64,000 bases of DNA from Yuukianura sp. NJ FZ-2021 (taxonomy: Eukaryota). A program made the translations under genes and the position numbers. Under the pieces are notes generated by a model. That model worked only from the letters and a program-made list of their open reading frames with translations, was not told the origin of the DNA and did not search any database. Location of the stretch: assembly GCA_046563655.1 (NCBI GenBank), contig CM102288.1, positions 682,001 to 746,000 of the forward strand, written 5' to 3'. Position 1 is the first letter of the stretch. Each line of letters starts with the position of its first letter. This document shows positions 25,101 through 40,100 of the stretch, piece by piece.

Positions 25101-28100
25101 CCAGCGTGACCTTTCGTGATTTGATTACAAAGCGAAACCTCCTACTCTAACCAGGTCGAACCACAATTTTCTCAGTTTTCCAATTTCCAATTTTTGAAAA
25201 AAGCACCAAATTCGACATGCCGAATTTTACACAAAATTATCTTTTTTCGTGAATTTAAATTTTAACTCCGCTTCTTTTGGAAATTTTTTGTTTGAGCTGA
25301 AAATTCTTGCTGCATCGTGCACAGGTTATTTTTGTGTATCATGCATACAATTTTTTGAGTAACGACAAATATCCTTTTGTTTTACGTAATTGTAGCATTT
25401 GTACCTCCCAATGTGTGTTTTTCCAATTGCAAATTCCTTTCTAACTCCAAATGTCAAAGTGACATGCACTTCAAGTGTAAAAAACACTTTAAGTGTCTTT
25501 AGTCATAGAATAGTAAAGGCGACAGTCTCATATGAATCATGAAACTAAAACAATAACCTTAACCCAACAATAACCTAATCACATAATAGGAATTCAAAGT
25601 AACAAAAACTGTGCAAAAAATGTTAGTTGAAAATTAATGTTAATTTTTACCATTTTGGACAAGTTTTTCATAATTTTGAATTTTGCAAACTAAGCATTCT
25701 TTGTGAGTAAGGGCTTTGGGTTTTTAGATGTCGAAGAAAGGATTTAATCAAGGAGAAGCTTTTTATGACATTTCGGAAATTTTTGAAAAAAAAGGCAGAG
25801 GTTAGGAAAATTGTCATAAATTATGCGTTGGTAGTGGAATGCTTTTGCTGAATCCCACAAAATTTTCAATTTGAATTTAAGTCAAACCTGGAGACAAGAG
25901 ACATTACTAATCGCTGAAAATCCTTGGACCGTTTTTTTAACAAAACAAAAAAAAATCGGTGAAAGCGGAATTTGCTTTGCGTCGACGCTGAATTTTGGTA
26001 GGCTTTTGAAAGCAGCAGTAGCAGGTTTTCTTGGGATTTTGTTCACATTTTGGATTTTGAAAAGGCTGAGAGAGGAAGAAGAGAATTCAGTCGATAACTT
26101 CCTGTGGTTGTGGTAGGACGTGAGCTTGGTTCCATCATATACACTCTTCAAACACTAACAATTGTCTACACATTTTCAAAATTTCGAAAAAATTCAAAAA
26201 GTTTCAAAATCGGAAGTTCTCGACGGCCAGTCACAAAAATTTCTTTTTACCAAACACAAGAAGCAGCACATAGTTTGATAGATAGGTCCTAAATTTTGTA
26301 GTTGTCTCAAGTATAGCAGTACAAATTTGTAACTTTTTTGAATTTTTTTTTCAAAAAGTGAGACATTCTGATTGGACACTGATTGACTTCGTTGTAAAAG
26401 TGTGAGGTGAAGAAAATTTGTCACCTTTGCAAATTTTTAGGAGTTTAAAAAACTTCAAAAAGAAAGTTCACAAACGGTTATTGTCAGGATTTTGAGAAGT
26501 TTGATCCAACGTTAGCAGAACTCGCAAAAAATTTTTGCAAAATTTTTGCACCGAATCAACAACAAAAGTTACTCAAGTTTGTTTTTTTCGCAAAACTTTC
26601 GAAGCCATTCGATGGGTAAGTTTTTTTATGACTTTTTTGCACTTTTTAGGCAATAATTTTTACTTTTTCCAAAATGTCCAAAATGAAGAGAAAGTAAAAC
26701 TTTTCCTCTCGCATGAGAGCTTCTAAACAGGCTTTGATTCCAATAAAAATGGGGACACAAAGTAGAAAGTAGTCCACAAAAATTGGAAAAAATTTCTACA
26801 ACACAAATTTTGATAAATCAAGAGGATTTTGAATCACCATTTTCAGAACAAAAATTTAGAAGCTTTTTACTCTGTTTTTTTAAACCTGTTACATAAAATT
26901 TGTCTTTGCCAGTTTAACTTTTTTCTTCTTCTAAAATTTCCTCGTTTTTTTGAAACATTTCAATAAATCATGTCCCACAAAACGATTTGAACTTTTTTTA
27001 ACCCTACTTTTTTGAAACTAAAAAATTATAAATAGAATTGCATTTTGGCTCCTATTTCACTCAATTTTTCATCTAACAAGTTCAGTGCCTTCTGAACCTG
27101 AAGCTGAACTTTTCCTGGTTCCTTAAGTTTCTAAAAATTCACTTTTTAAAATTCTAAAAGAAAAATTGGAAAAGAAATTCCTGTTTCCTTAGTCTTGAAA
27201 AGTGATGGATGGATTCTTGAAATAGGCTTAGACCTTCCGAGATGAAATCCACTAGAGAATTTTACTTTTTAAGCCACGAAAGAGAAGTTACCCGGATTCG
27301 GGTATTCTAGAACAAAATGCCTAGTAGACTCCTCTCCTCCAACATTTACATTTTCCTTCCTTGTCCAAATTGTCCAAGTCCATTTCAGATTTTGTTTTTC
27401 AAAATCCAGGCACACAGGAGAGGAGAAGCTCCTCTTCTAACTTTTTTGACAGGTAATATTTTGAGTGTAAAATATTGCTTTTTCAAAAATAAGGAACACA
27501 ACATCTATAACTTTCACTTTTGAGCCAAACAGAACCAGAATGCTGGAAGAAGTGGATCTTCTTTATTCCTTGGTTCCTGTCCCTCGTGTTTTCAAATTTT
27601 CAAATTAAATTGTTTGAGAAGAAGAATGTGGGTGTCTAAAGTTTTTGAAAATTTTAAGTTTTTGAAAGTTAAAGTTGCGTAACTACTCGAGACTTGAAAC
27701 TGTTGTTACCAGGAGCAGAGACTGTCAGTGTGTAAGACTATGGTCTTGAGGTTCTAATTAAGTTTTGTGGAAGAACGGAGAAAGGCTATGAAAGTACGGT
27801 CTAATTACAGGTAGAAACTGTAGACAGAGAAAGTAGCCCAAAATTAAGAAAAAATAGAAACTTTCTAAGCCGAATTAAAACAAAGAAAGCAGTTTTTTTT
27901 TCAAATTGCACGAGACGGGACAATTCACCAAAGAAAAGACTTGGCATTGCTAAACAAAGCTTTCCAAAAATTTTTTTTAAGTTTTCTAAAAATTGTAATA
28001 ATCACATTCATTTTAATCAGAAATTTTAACAGCACACGAAAGAGTTTTAACTAACTTTGCAACAAATTCTGTGGAAGGGCTTTCATTCATTGTGAAATTT

Positions 28101-31100
28101 ACAAGTGGTGTGAAACTTTGTAAACCATTTTTTGAAAAATTTTGTTTGAACAGATTCTTTTCCTTTTCTGGATTTTTTTTTTGGAGAAAGTGTATCTGAC
28201 CTCTAATTACAGTTGGAGAGGAGGGTTATGCCTTGGCATATTGATTTTTATGTTCCATGAAAAGTCTAGCGGAAGAAAGTAAAAGAGAAAGTCCGCGAGG
28301 AAATGAAACCATTTTTTTTGGAGACGGGAAGTTCTGGGAGTCCAAGGAGAAAAAATCTCAGGGTTCAGGGAACTACACATGCTTTTTTCTGCCAAAAATT
28401 GATGTGGAAAACTACCTACAGCAAAGTAGTCAACTGCAAAAAGTGCAACATCCAAAAACAGCCAAAAAATTTTTGAAAGGCTTCCATCTTTTAGTGATTC
28501 ACAAAAAACGAGTAAGAAAATTTCTGTATTCTCTTTTCTTTCTTCTGCAGAAACTCGTTTTTGGCAAAGTTTCTAAATCGAAATTGCTTTCTCCAAAAAA
28601 ATCGTTTCTGTTTAATTCTTTTTTGAAAATAAGTTTTTGAAAAAAAGTTTATTGTTAGGTTAGAGTGAAGAACTGTGTAAAGCATGAGGGTATCACACTT
28701 TTTTACTTTAACCTTTGAGTAACTTTGACACGTATGTTTCTATATGACTCCATGTGAACTGGATTTTGTCCAAGAAAGTTCAAAAAAGTAGGTTTTTGGA
28801 AAAGTTTGTCTAAAATTGAACATGGCACTTTACACTTTACAGGCCCACAGAGAGAGTCCATTCCCAGCTTTCTCCGCCTTTCAAACTTTCCCTCCACTTT
28901 CTTTTACTTTCTTCAAAATGGTTTGAATTGAACTAGAAATCTAGAAAATGTTGCTCACTCGTAGTCGTAAATCCATTTTCCATCAAGAGATTTTTAAAAA
29001 TCAAAGCACTACGTTCTTAACCTTTCAAAAAACTATAACTTTTATACCCTTTTTTATTTTTTGACTAACAGTGTGTCAAGCTTCGTCAAATAAAAAGCGA
29101 TTTTAAAAAGTTTTTGATTTTGTGTTGTGTCACATTTAGCCAGCTTTTGAGCTTTTCAATGTTGACATTTATTTGACATTTTGAAAACACAAACTTCTTG
29201 AAAATGGGACTTGAATATTCAAAATTTCGAAACTTTTGTTTCTCCTACTAAAGTATAGCTTAGTGATTAGTAAACTGTCTGTTTGAATTTTGAAATTCAG
29301 AACTTTTTTTTTTGAAATTTCCGCTTGGTTTTGTAAGGTTTTAAGTGTTCCTGTCATTAGACTCAAATGGACGTTCTCTTTTTTTCTTTTGGTAAAGTGA
29401 CAACAGATCTGTTGGAATGTCAATTAACATTTAAGTGAAGTTTTGACATTTGACTTGCAGGAGGAGGGAAGTGGGAAGCTAAAATTTTGTTTTTTTAGAA
29501 AAAACAAATTTGTATATTTCGGAGATAAGATTAGTTCTTTTTTAAAAGTGGTTTGAATTGAGAATGAGGCGTTTCATGAGTTTGTTCAAGGCGGATTGGA
29601 ATCCTTGAACAATTTAGTCATTACGTCAGGTACACATGCACATTTCGAAATTTGACAATTTTTTGAACTCAAAATTAAAATTGGAAATCCTTGAAAAGTT
29701 CAAAAATTTTAAACATCAGGGATTAATAATCCTAAGGAACGAAAAAGATAAGTTCGTCAGATTACCTAGCCAATGAGGAACTCATTTTTGAAATTTTTTC
29801 TCAAATTTTTCGAGTGTAGTATTGAAACTGGATAGAAAAAATCGTCTTTCCTCGGTCTGTTTTTTTTTTTACCGAAGAAGGAGAATCAAGCCTTGGTCTG
29901 GTTTTTTTTTCTGAATTGAACTTAATTTTTTTTTGTTTCGATGAGTTATTTTTCTATTGTTCTTTTTCAAGCTGTTTTTTGCTGTTAGTTCCTAACCTTC
30001 TCATTTTGTGAATGTAAAAAAGTTTTGAAGGTTAAAGGGAAGGTGTGCTGGTCAATTCCAAAGCGGAAACGGATGTTGGAGAATCCAGCAGGGATATGGC
30101 ACACACAGGAACTCTACCAAAATCCCCACCACATCCTTTGTTCCGCTCTTTTCACAATCAAAAATCTCATTCATTCATTTTTTTAAAAATTTAATTTTTA
30201 GACAACAAAACACATAATCACATCAAATCAAACTCACAATGACCCAAAAATTTTGAACTTTCTCTAATGCGAATTTGTGGAATTATGAATCTTTTTATTT
30301 TTGAGTGGATTTTATGCGAGGATTTGTGAGGAAGATTTTCGAGTTTCAAAAAATTTAACATTAGGCGGAGTTACCACGTTAGAAATTAGATTAACACTAA
30401 CTTGCGCTAGTTTGGTGTTACTTTAGCATTGGGCGATGCTGTTTTCCAAGTTAGTTTAACATTAGCTTAAGTTTGAAGTTAGGCTGAGATTAGGTTATGT
30501 TTACATTATTTTTCTAATGTTGTAGTTGTTCATTGACATTTGTCAGTGGAAAGTGCATGTGAGTCTGTCGTTAAACCGGGAGAAACTATGGGAAAAGTGC
30601 GAGTGTCAAGCTCATATTCCTGTTTTTTTTTCATGTTGCATTAAGTTAACATTAAGAGTTGAGAATTTAAATGGAAAGTTGAAAAACCTATTTAGAACAT
30701 GTTCAAAAACTTTTGTAAAACTCTGGACATAGTAATAGTTTTACTCTGTTCCATTTAAGCTGTTAAACGAAATTAGTCAAATGACTTTCCCTGTCCATTA
30801 GTTGTAATTTCCCTCCTGAGAATTACCAAAACACTCTCTTTTTGTTTTTCAAATGCTACTTTTCAATGGAAACAACTTTTAGTAACTTAGGACATAAAAA
30901 TTTGTAAGCATAATCTTAAACATTCGCTTGGTATTTGTTATGTTGTGGTGAGAAATTCTTTTTTGAAACTTTTCAAACTGCACTTGGAAATTTAAAATTA
31001 GACTTTCAAAGAAAAGTTTTCTCGTTTTAGGTGAGATTTGCATTTGAAATTTGAGAAAATTAGATTTGAAAATTGAGAAAATTAGAACCACTAAATCATT

Positions 31101-34100
31101 TTTTCTCCAGCACACAAAAGTCTTATTAGAGTCAATTTCATTTCTCTCTCGTTTTACTTTTCTTCTGGAATTCTTTTTTTTTCAAAACTTGTCCTATTTT
31201 TGTGTGGAATGTGTAACAGGATTTTGTTAGAAGAAGGCGGAATTTTGTTCAATTTCCTTCAAGAGGCTTAGTCTACTCTCCCCCTGTGACACAATATTCC
31301 TTCCATGCTTTTTTCCTCATGCTTTCTCCACTCAAAACGAATATTTCTAAGAACTTCCATTTCCTACTAACTCCTACTTTCTCCATTTGTTACGCAATGT
31401 CGTAAATTTCTTTTTTCTTATTCTACCCCCCACCCTCTCTATTCCAACCCCCCCCCCCTCTCTTCTTTTATTCAAAACTTCATTTTAGCTAGGAAACTTA
31501 ACCTTCACTCTCTTTCAACTCAAATTCTACATCAAACTAACCTAAAACACACACTATAACTATAAATTTTTTATTACTTTCTCTCATTTTTCGACTTTCT
31601 CTCAATTGTTTCAATTTTAATTGAAGTTTTCATGCTCATTGGCAGCTTTTTTTTCTCCGCCAAATACGAGAGTCTAAAATACTTTTCAAATTCTGACTTT
31701 TTGTGAGAATTTTTTTCTTTACTAACTTTTTCTTTTCTTTTTTTCATTTTCTGAAGAATTGAGAATTGAACTTTCGTGGCACATTTTAGCCCTTTCTCGG
31801 GACATTTTTGAGAGTTGTGCTATTGGTACGTATGGTAAAAGTTCATGTCAGGATCCAAATCAGACGCTGCCTTGACGTGACGTGACAGTCTCTAATGTAT
31901 TCGGAATGATTTCCACCACAACCAACCAAGCTTAGCATAGGCTTCAGACTATGGTTGGCCTAAGTTAGGCTAACTCATACGCTAGGTTTTCAGAAATTGT
32001 GGAAGCCTTTGGGTGCTGGTAGCAACTTGTGAAAGGCGAGGGAAAGTCAATGGAGGGGATCAATAGAGGATGGATGGATTGCAAAATTCCATGATGCAAA
32101 TGTGACACTTTCTCTCTCCATTTCTATCGCACCCAACGCAGTCCTTTCTAAAGTTACGCCACAGAAAGTGTAACCTAACGTAACGGGAGCTAGGCTCAGC
32201 CACTTCCTCTGGATTTTAGTTACGAGAACCAACTTCTATTGAAATGAGGTTCAGGGAAGCGGAAGTGGAAGGAGATGAAATTGGTTACAGTTTCTCATCT
32301 TCTCAAATGAATGATGATGATGATGAGACGCAGTTTTGAGAGCACACTTTCCTTTCGGCTCAAGTTTTGATTTGGATTCAAAGTGGATTCAAAATAGCTA
32401 CGGGTTGTTGGAGAGCAGAAAACAAAGTTATTGCGGAATTGTGGCCTGAATACATTAAAATTTGAGGTTGTTTTACTTTTGGACTTGGCGTCAGCACCTC
32501 AATAGAGAGACAGAATTAAAATGTCCGTAAATAACAACTTCATTAAACACAGTTTTTAACATTACATTATAATATACTATGAATTTGATAGAAACACATT
32601 TTATGTATTTCAAAACATCGAAACTTCCACAAAAAATTCTTTAAAAAATCTTGGAAAAACTCACTTCCAAGAGTTGGAAGGTTTTTAGATCATCTAATAA
32701 CTGCCAGCTTATGTTTAAAAAAAAAAACGAAAATTTTGAAACAAAGATTTTACTGAGGAAGAGGTGAATTTTTTTTATGTTTTTTGGGGGCTGAATTTTG
32801 ATTTTTATGGTTGAGTTGTTTTAGTCGCATATTTTGCATTGATTTGGAAGTTTTTGAATTGGTTTCCGGTTTGATGACAGCGGAAGTTCGTATCTGGCAC
32901 TCAAAATCCGGAGGGAGTAACTATATGCTTAAAACAATAGAATTAACAAAAAGGTCAATTGGGGTCACAAAGTATACTTAACATGACAGTTTAGTAAAAA
33001 GTTTTACAAATTTAACAATTTAATTGAAACTCTATGCAAAAGTTAGTCAACCATGAAACTGAAACTAAAAAGGAAGAAGCAGCGGAGCATCATTTTGGAA
33101 AGGCTCCGTTTGAACAGCATAATTTTTGATACTTTTTTGTCTAATTTTTGAACCGTAAAGTTGATCATTTTGTAGGTTGCTCATTTAGTTTCTTTGAAAC
33201 TCAAATGCTTCTTTTTTCTCATTTTTTGGAAAAGTATTTGAAGAGCCTTTTTCTAGAAAAGATCAAAAGAAGATCAAAAGCAAATTTTGATTTTTGATCA
33301 TTTTAATCTTTTGCTGTACATTTTCCATCCAAACGACTCTGCGACTCGAACTTCCAGTTTAGAAGTTAGCTTTTTAGTTCTTCTCTGGTGACAAGCTTTG
33401 GTAGAAAATGAAAAGAGAAAATACAGGAGGTAGAAGGCATGAAAATTGAAAATCGGTTTTTTTAAGGTTTGAAATTTTTGGAACAAAAAATTCCAATTTG
33501 GTTTCCTTTCAAGTTCAGAAAGATGAAATACGAGACACGCCTTCTTTTGCTCCTTTTTCCAATCACCTATTAACGATATCTTAGAAGTTCAAAATGAAAA
33601 TTTCTTAGTTTTAATTTATATCATCCCCTTTACTTCCAATTTTGAAAAAAATGGAATTAAAATTTCTAAAATTCTTTACCTCTGCTAAGAATTCCACCGT
33701 TTTTCAATTTTTTCATGCCGATAATTTTGAAGGAGAAGAAATTAGTGAAAAGACTCTCATCTCATGTATTTAGTTTTCTATTTTTTTTTTTTTTTTTGAA
33801 AATTTAGAAAAGCAGTTTTAAAAAGTGTATGAATTCATTGACTGCTTTCTTTTGCGTGGCGGGAGTAACTATTGGTCACTGGATTCCAGAAACAGTATTC
33901 TGCATTCCACCGACTTTGTTCAAGATAAGCACAAACTAACTTTCTTTTTGTGTAGTTACACAACACTTTATAGACGCTTGACACGAACACCTTTTGTATG
34001 CTACGTGTATGTGGAAATTTTGACTAAAAATTCGTAATTTTCTAATTGAAAACTCAGTTTCTAGACTGAAAGCAAAAAAAAAGTTTACGATTTTTTTTAT

Positions 34101-37100
34101 TACTAAGTCTACGTCTGGAATTTCAAATTCGACAAAAAAAAAAGAAACCAAAAATGGGAAAACTTGACAGAAATTATTTAATGTGCATTTTTTTTCTGAA
34201 ATTTTCAGATGAGTGGTAAGCGAAGTCGTAGTTTCAAATGTGCCGTTCACCATCGCGATCGTCAAGTGTCCAGTGAAAGCGACTTTCACCTTCTTCCATT
34301 CGGCTATCAAGATCCCTCTGGAGTCAAAAAGTAAGTAACAAACCTAATTCTAACTTTTTCTTTTCTAAAGTTCGGGTTTTGACATTTTCCGAAGTTGGAG
34401 TTTCCAAAAAGTTCGTTAAGATCTTAGGCCACAAAATTTCCATGAGTTGGTGGATTAAGCCTCCGGGCTGAACTTACTTTGAAGTCTAAGCCCTGAATGT
34501 AATGTAATAAAAAGTGGTCTCAGCACTTTCTCCATTTGGAGAAAGTGGCCCAGAGTCTTGGTGGAATTGGGTGTGAACCAAGTCATAAATTCCGAACTAC
34601 CACGATCCACCACAGACAGAACCCACCACGGCCCCACCGGTTTTAGAGCACTTCAAGTGGATGAGAGGGTGGGTCCAGAGTACTACAAAGTCTATTATCC
34701 CTCTGCTGCTTCAAATGGCAGTTACACAACTGTTATTCCTCTCCTTGTATCACAGTCTAACTTTACATTCTGCTGGGAAAAGTTATGTCCGGAGAAAGTG
34801 GTGAAAGTAGATTAAACATCAGATTCCAAAAGTAAACTCCTTGAGGCTCAAAGTGGATTTATGTAATGCTCAAAGTCATGTATACTATGTTATGTCAAAG
34901 TACTCAACTTATTAATCTTTTAAGTTAGGTCGTAAACATGTAAGCATGCGCAAGTTTACACTTTATCTACCTAATGTTAATGTACTTCCATCAAAAGTAA
35001 CGCCAAAGATATGATTACGCAAAAGCTAAAGAAAGCACTTTTCTAAATTTTCAAAGAATTTCACTTTCTCCAAGAAGTTCTTGGCTGACTTTTTCGGAGA
35101 AATTTTTAATTCAACCAAGCAAAGTTTCAATTTTTGGACTGAATTTTGACGCAACCAAGGAAAGTTTCAATTTTTAGAGTAAATTTTAACGCAACCAAGG
35201 AAAGTTTCAATTTCTGGAGTTTGTGAACTATGACCTCTGTCTCTCTTGAAGATTGGTTTTGTAACGCTTGGCTACTTGTTCACCTGGTAAAATTGGAATT
35301 TCTGGTGGATTCACTTTGATGAGTCTCGGTTGAATGAAGTTTTTGGTCAAGAGCGGAAACGTTGTTGGTTTGTTTGAAACTTCTGACCGTCGTAACAGTG
35401 GTTTTGAAGCGTGAAACTGTACTGTAGCTCACCTTTGAAGTAGGATCGTCTGTCTGTTGCCAGTAAATAATGATTGTAGTGCCGCAGGTGAGGTGCGTGC
35501 AGTGGTGACCCACCCTAACAAAAACAACTTCAAATTTCAACTCTCTATTCATCCATTTCACACACAAAAACAGTTCAAACAGGAACATGTTCAGGCCAAT
35601 CCAACTCATTTCCAGTTCCAGTTTCAACAAAAACAAAATCAGCACATGAAAAATCACCTTTTCCAGTTTCCAAACTCCAATTTTCAACAAAAAAAAAAGC
35701 ATGCTAAGGTGTTAATTCATAATGAGTTCATAATAAGAATAACAAATAAATTAATAGTAAGAAATTCATAATAAAGAACAAAAAAAAAGAAATTCAAAAA
35801 CTCTTATTGAAATTGAATATTTCAAGCTTTCATTTTTAACTATCAAAATCAAAATCAATTGATCAAAAAATGCAACGAATCCGCGTCAACTTTTGCCTCT
35901 GTGAAAAAACCATCAAATACCTTTAAATGAACGACACAACTACAAAATTGTTAGGTATTATTTTGATAATTTTTGGAAAGTAATGAGTAGCGTCTTGGTT
36001 AAAAATTACATTTTTGGCAATTTTTTAACATTAGTAACCTCAATTCCTTGTAAAAACAGACTCGGTCATTGGCATTAGGAAGAAGACGCGATTTTGGTAA
36101 TTTCAAAAACTAACTCCGATGAATCCGATTACTTGCCAAAAACAATCCAATACTAACGATCCACTTCCCTGTTCAGAGAACAACATTCAGTGAGGCGTGG
36201 AAAATCGTTTTTAGGAAGTCTGTAACAAAATTTTAGTTTTACAGCATCCACCGTCTACAGATTACTGTTAAGCTCATTGGACTTTCTGGTTGTGAACAAT
36301 TTTGCGTAAACAAAAGTACATGTTATAAGTAGTAAACATACAGAATGTTGACCTTGTTCAAAAGAAGGTGTGTACAACAGCACGAGACCAGAGGCACAAA
36401 AAACCAGGTCGACAGATGCTCAATGAGAAACTTTTAGTTTGTACTTTGTTAAAAGTGTAAAAGTAACACAAAAACGTAACTTTTTCGACATTTCATTTTC
36501 GTTTTGTTACGTTGTACAAACGGAGACTTTGGCGCTTTAAAATGAAAAGAAGAAAAAAGAAGAGACCATCACTAGGTTTATAAAAGTTGAGAAGGAAGTG
36601 CATAATTTTGTTAATTTGTTAATTCAAAATTAATATGTCAACTTCGGCAATTCAAATCAAAGTGGTGGAAAGCATTTGAAGTGGAAGTTTGTTAGGAGTG
36701 AATTAGTTTTGTAGAATTTTGAAGTAAGTTTGAAAAGACAAAGTTAAGACGTTCTTGTTTTTGACACATCCAATTACTTTTCTAAGACAATCGTAATTGA
36801 GTGAGCATTGATTATTCAATTAATTCCAGAAACTCTGGAAATGCTAAAACTTTCTTTTTTCTTCCAGAATGGCTCGCCTCATTGCCGATGAGTTTCTGAC
36901 TGACGAACGAGATCGAAAGTACTACGCGGATCATTACAGATGTCTCCCTCCCCCACTATTCATCATTTCCATAACACTTATTGAGGTAAGTTAAGTTAGG
37001 GAAGAGGTCAAAGGTCAACTCTTTTGTTTTCTGTCTCAAGACACACGCGACATAGAACAAAGGAGCTTCATTAGTCGCTCCACAGTTTCCAAGAGACGGA

Positions 37101-40100
37101 AACACCAAAAGTTTTAGACATTTTCAAAAAATTGTGTTGGAGAAGCAGCTTTTGTCATTTGTGAACCACTTTTGAACATTCTTTTACTAGAACACAGCTT
37201 GTTTCAAAGCATCTGCTCGGAAGAGAAAAGAATTTTTTGAAAAGTCTGGTTTTTGAAAAAAAAAAGTTCGTTTTTGTCGCAGCAGCTTTAAGTTTCCGGT
37301 TTCTTGGTAACTTTTAAAAGTCATAAATAATCGGAGGTTGAGTGTTTTTGGTGCGGAAGAGTCCTAAAGGATTTGAATTTTTGTGTATAGTAACAATTTG
37401 GAACTTAAAAGCGTGTGTCCTGGAAGTACCCTTAAGGGTACCCATTCGTGTGTCGCCTTAATTTAAGTCCTCCTGTGGAAACAACCATAACTTAACTCCG
37501 TGTCTTCCGCCCCATGTCATTTTCTAAAAATTTAACAATTTTGGGCCAAAAAAACGAAAAAAGAGAGACAATGAGTAACATTACGCTTTACGCGTCCGAA
37601 ATTGAGCGGAAACGGATATGGGAATCTTACTATTTTTTTTTTCTGAGCATATATTTTCAAACTTTTAAAACTTTTTTGTGTACTAACAATACATTTTTTT
37701 AAATTTGTTCAAGAAGCGTCGCGCCTACGGCGCGTGTCCGTAACGGTTGAAGACGTAAGGGCAGATGGGCTTTAGTCTTAAAAAAATCTTTTGTAACGCA
37801 ATCTCTATTATCATCTTGTCGTTAACAATAGGACTAACAATTTTTGGAGGCGGCGTGCGTACTCCGTCAGGTCACAGAGTCTGCGCAGTACGCACAGTTA
37901 CTCGTAGAGTTTAAAACTTAGCACTGCGTACAATTATATGTTTCATGCCTACCTTATTCATTAACTTTTTGGTAGTATGGAGCAGTGTCGTGCGTGTAAT
38001 GCACTTATAAGCATTTCCTGTCTTAGTACCTCACGTCTCCGATTGTCATCAGTTTTCATTCATAATTATACAACCCACTTCATAAATTTACCAAACTTTC
38101 ATTCTGACTTTTTAAAAACGAACAAGTTTGAGTTGAATAAGTGCGCCGACACGCTCCGAATGTCAACCGTTCTCTTAATTAATGTGGCTGTGTTTTTGCC
38201 ATGTCTGAGAATTTGACCTCACGTGACCTCTGTTCAAACGGCGGTTTTTAACTCACAGAAAAGTCGAGAGAGAAAAAACGCCATTTTCAAATTTCGGAAA
38301 AAAATTACATTTTGAAATCACATTTTTCGCCAGTTGTATAGTTTCCTTAAGGTTTCACTAGTGTTCACACAACAGGAAGTAAAAGTTGTTTTTTTCTTGT
38401 CTTAGTGTATCTTTTTTTTTATTTTTTTTTTGAAATTTTGGACAGGATTTATTTGAAAATCTTTTTGATTTTATGACAAGATGAAGATTGTGCAGGCACG
38501 GTCTGAAATAATTTCGGTTCCAAAGGCCGACGCAGTTCGCATATGGGCGACAGCCCATCCGTTCGATTTGTCTGAAAATTTGCACAGTTGATCTCGAGGT
38601 CAATATGAGCAACTTTTGTTCAAGGTCCAGATGGGGCATCAAGCGGTTTGACCTCCAGGGGTCACCAAAGGTCATGGAGGTCATCCTATGACTACACCCC
38701 ACAAGTTAGGTGTCGTTGGAAAGCTGTGGATCTGCTGATTTCAAAAATATATGGGTATCCATACCTTGGTTCAACCACGTAACGGATATGGGTCAAGAAA
38801 TGTCTCATTTAAATATGTTGCACAACTCCAACGGAAAACATGACCTTTCTTGACCTATATCGGCTAAGCGGTTGAACCAAAGTATGGATACCCATATATT
38901 TTTGAAATCAGCAGATCCACAGCTTTCCAACGACACCTAACTTGTGGGGTGTAGTCATAGGATGACCTCCATGACCTTTGGTGACCCCTGGAGGTCAAAC
39001 CGCTTGATGCCCCATCTGGACCCTGAACAAAAGTTGCTCATATTGACCTCGAGATCAACTGTGCAAATTTTCAGACAAATCGAACGGATGGGCTGTCGCC
39101 CATATGCGAACTACGTCGGCCTTTGGCCAGTTGAGATGAGATTTTTTTAAAACTAAATCAAAAATTGGCCAAATTTGGCTCTTGTTCAAATTATACTTTC
39201 CTTTTCCATGTTCTGTCACGCTCCTCTTCCAAAGCGTCTTCCGGGAGTAACCAACTTTAATAGTGAAAAATACGAAGAAAAACAACCTGTTTTGAACGTG
39301 AACCAAAAGATCATTTTGATCTTGTAAAATTTTGAGTTTTTTGGCCATTTTACAAAAACGAGGCTTTACTTTGCCAAAAAGGAGTAAGTGCTCAAGTGGT
39401 TATACAACTCTAAAATGAAACTAGAGCCACCGTGTGTTTGTATGTTTTCAACCGGAAATAGTTATTTCCGCTTCATGGGTCAAAGAAGACCTCTTCCTCT
39501 GTCAGCAGAATCACATTAAAAAAATGGTCGTGATAGCTTTGGAAGATCCAACTAAAAAGTAAAGAAGTTCAAACAAAACAAGACGTTTTATTTTCAAAAA
39601 AGTAAATTGAAATGCTGGGACACGATTACTCTGAACAAGATTTTTAAAAAGAAGGGGATTCCTTGTTGACAGGAATTTGAAACGTCTGTCAGGCGAAGAA
39701 ACAAACGGAAGGTTTTATGCTTTTCAAAAAAACGAAGTTTTTGAAATTTTGAAATGTCAAAGAGAGACCGACGAATTGTTACTTTTCAGCGTTAAAGAAG
39801 CTGTGTATATACAAAGCGCTCCCTCCGACACGCCAATTAACTCAGACATCAACGACACTTTTGGAGACATGTTTTCGTTTTGTAAAAAACCGAAACGTCA
39901 ACCGCCAACATCATATTTTCGAATTTCAAAAAAAAAAAAAAATGAAACGCCAATAGACTATTATGTCATGTTTCCGTTTTTTAAAAAAGCAGAAAGTGAA
40001 AGTCAGAAATCTTTGAAGTTTTGTTTTTGACAAAATCCTTCCGTTTCTCTTAAATAACTTTTTGATTTTGAAGCAATTGTGCGGTTTTTGATGAAATTGT

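Noticed and set aside
19000..34200. Many 60-130 aa ORFs in rhomboid intron 1
   Set aside because: F/K/L-rich translations of A/T tracts; I could not build consistent spliced models, though small exons may have been missed.
38358..39150. Two mirror-image ORFs ([10 protein letters not shown]...) on opposite strands
   Set aside because: They result from the inverted repeat and show no coding or splice evidence.
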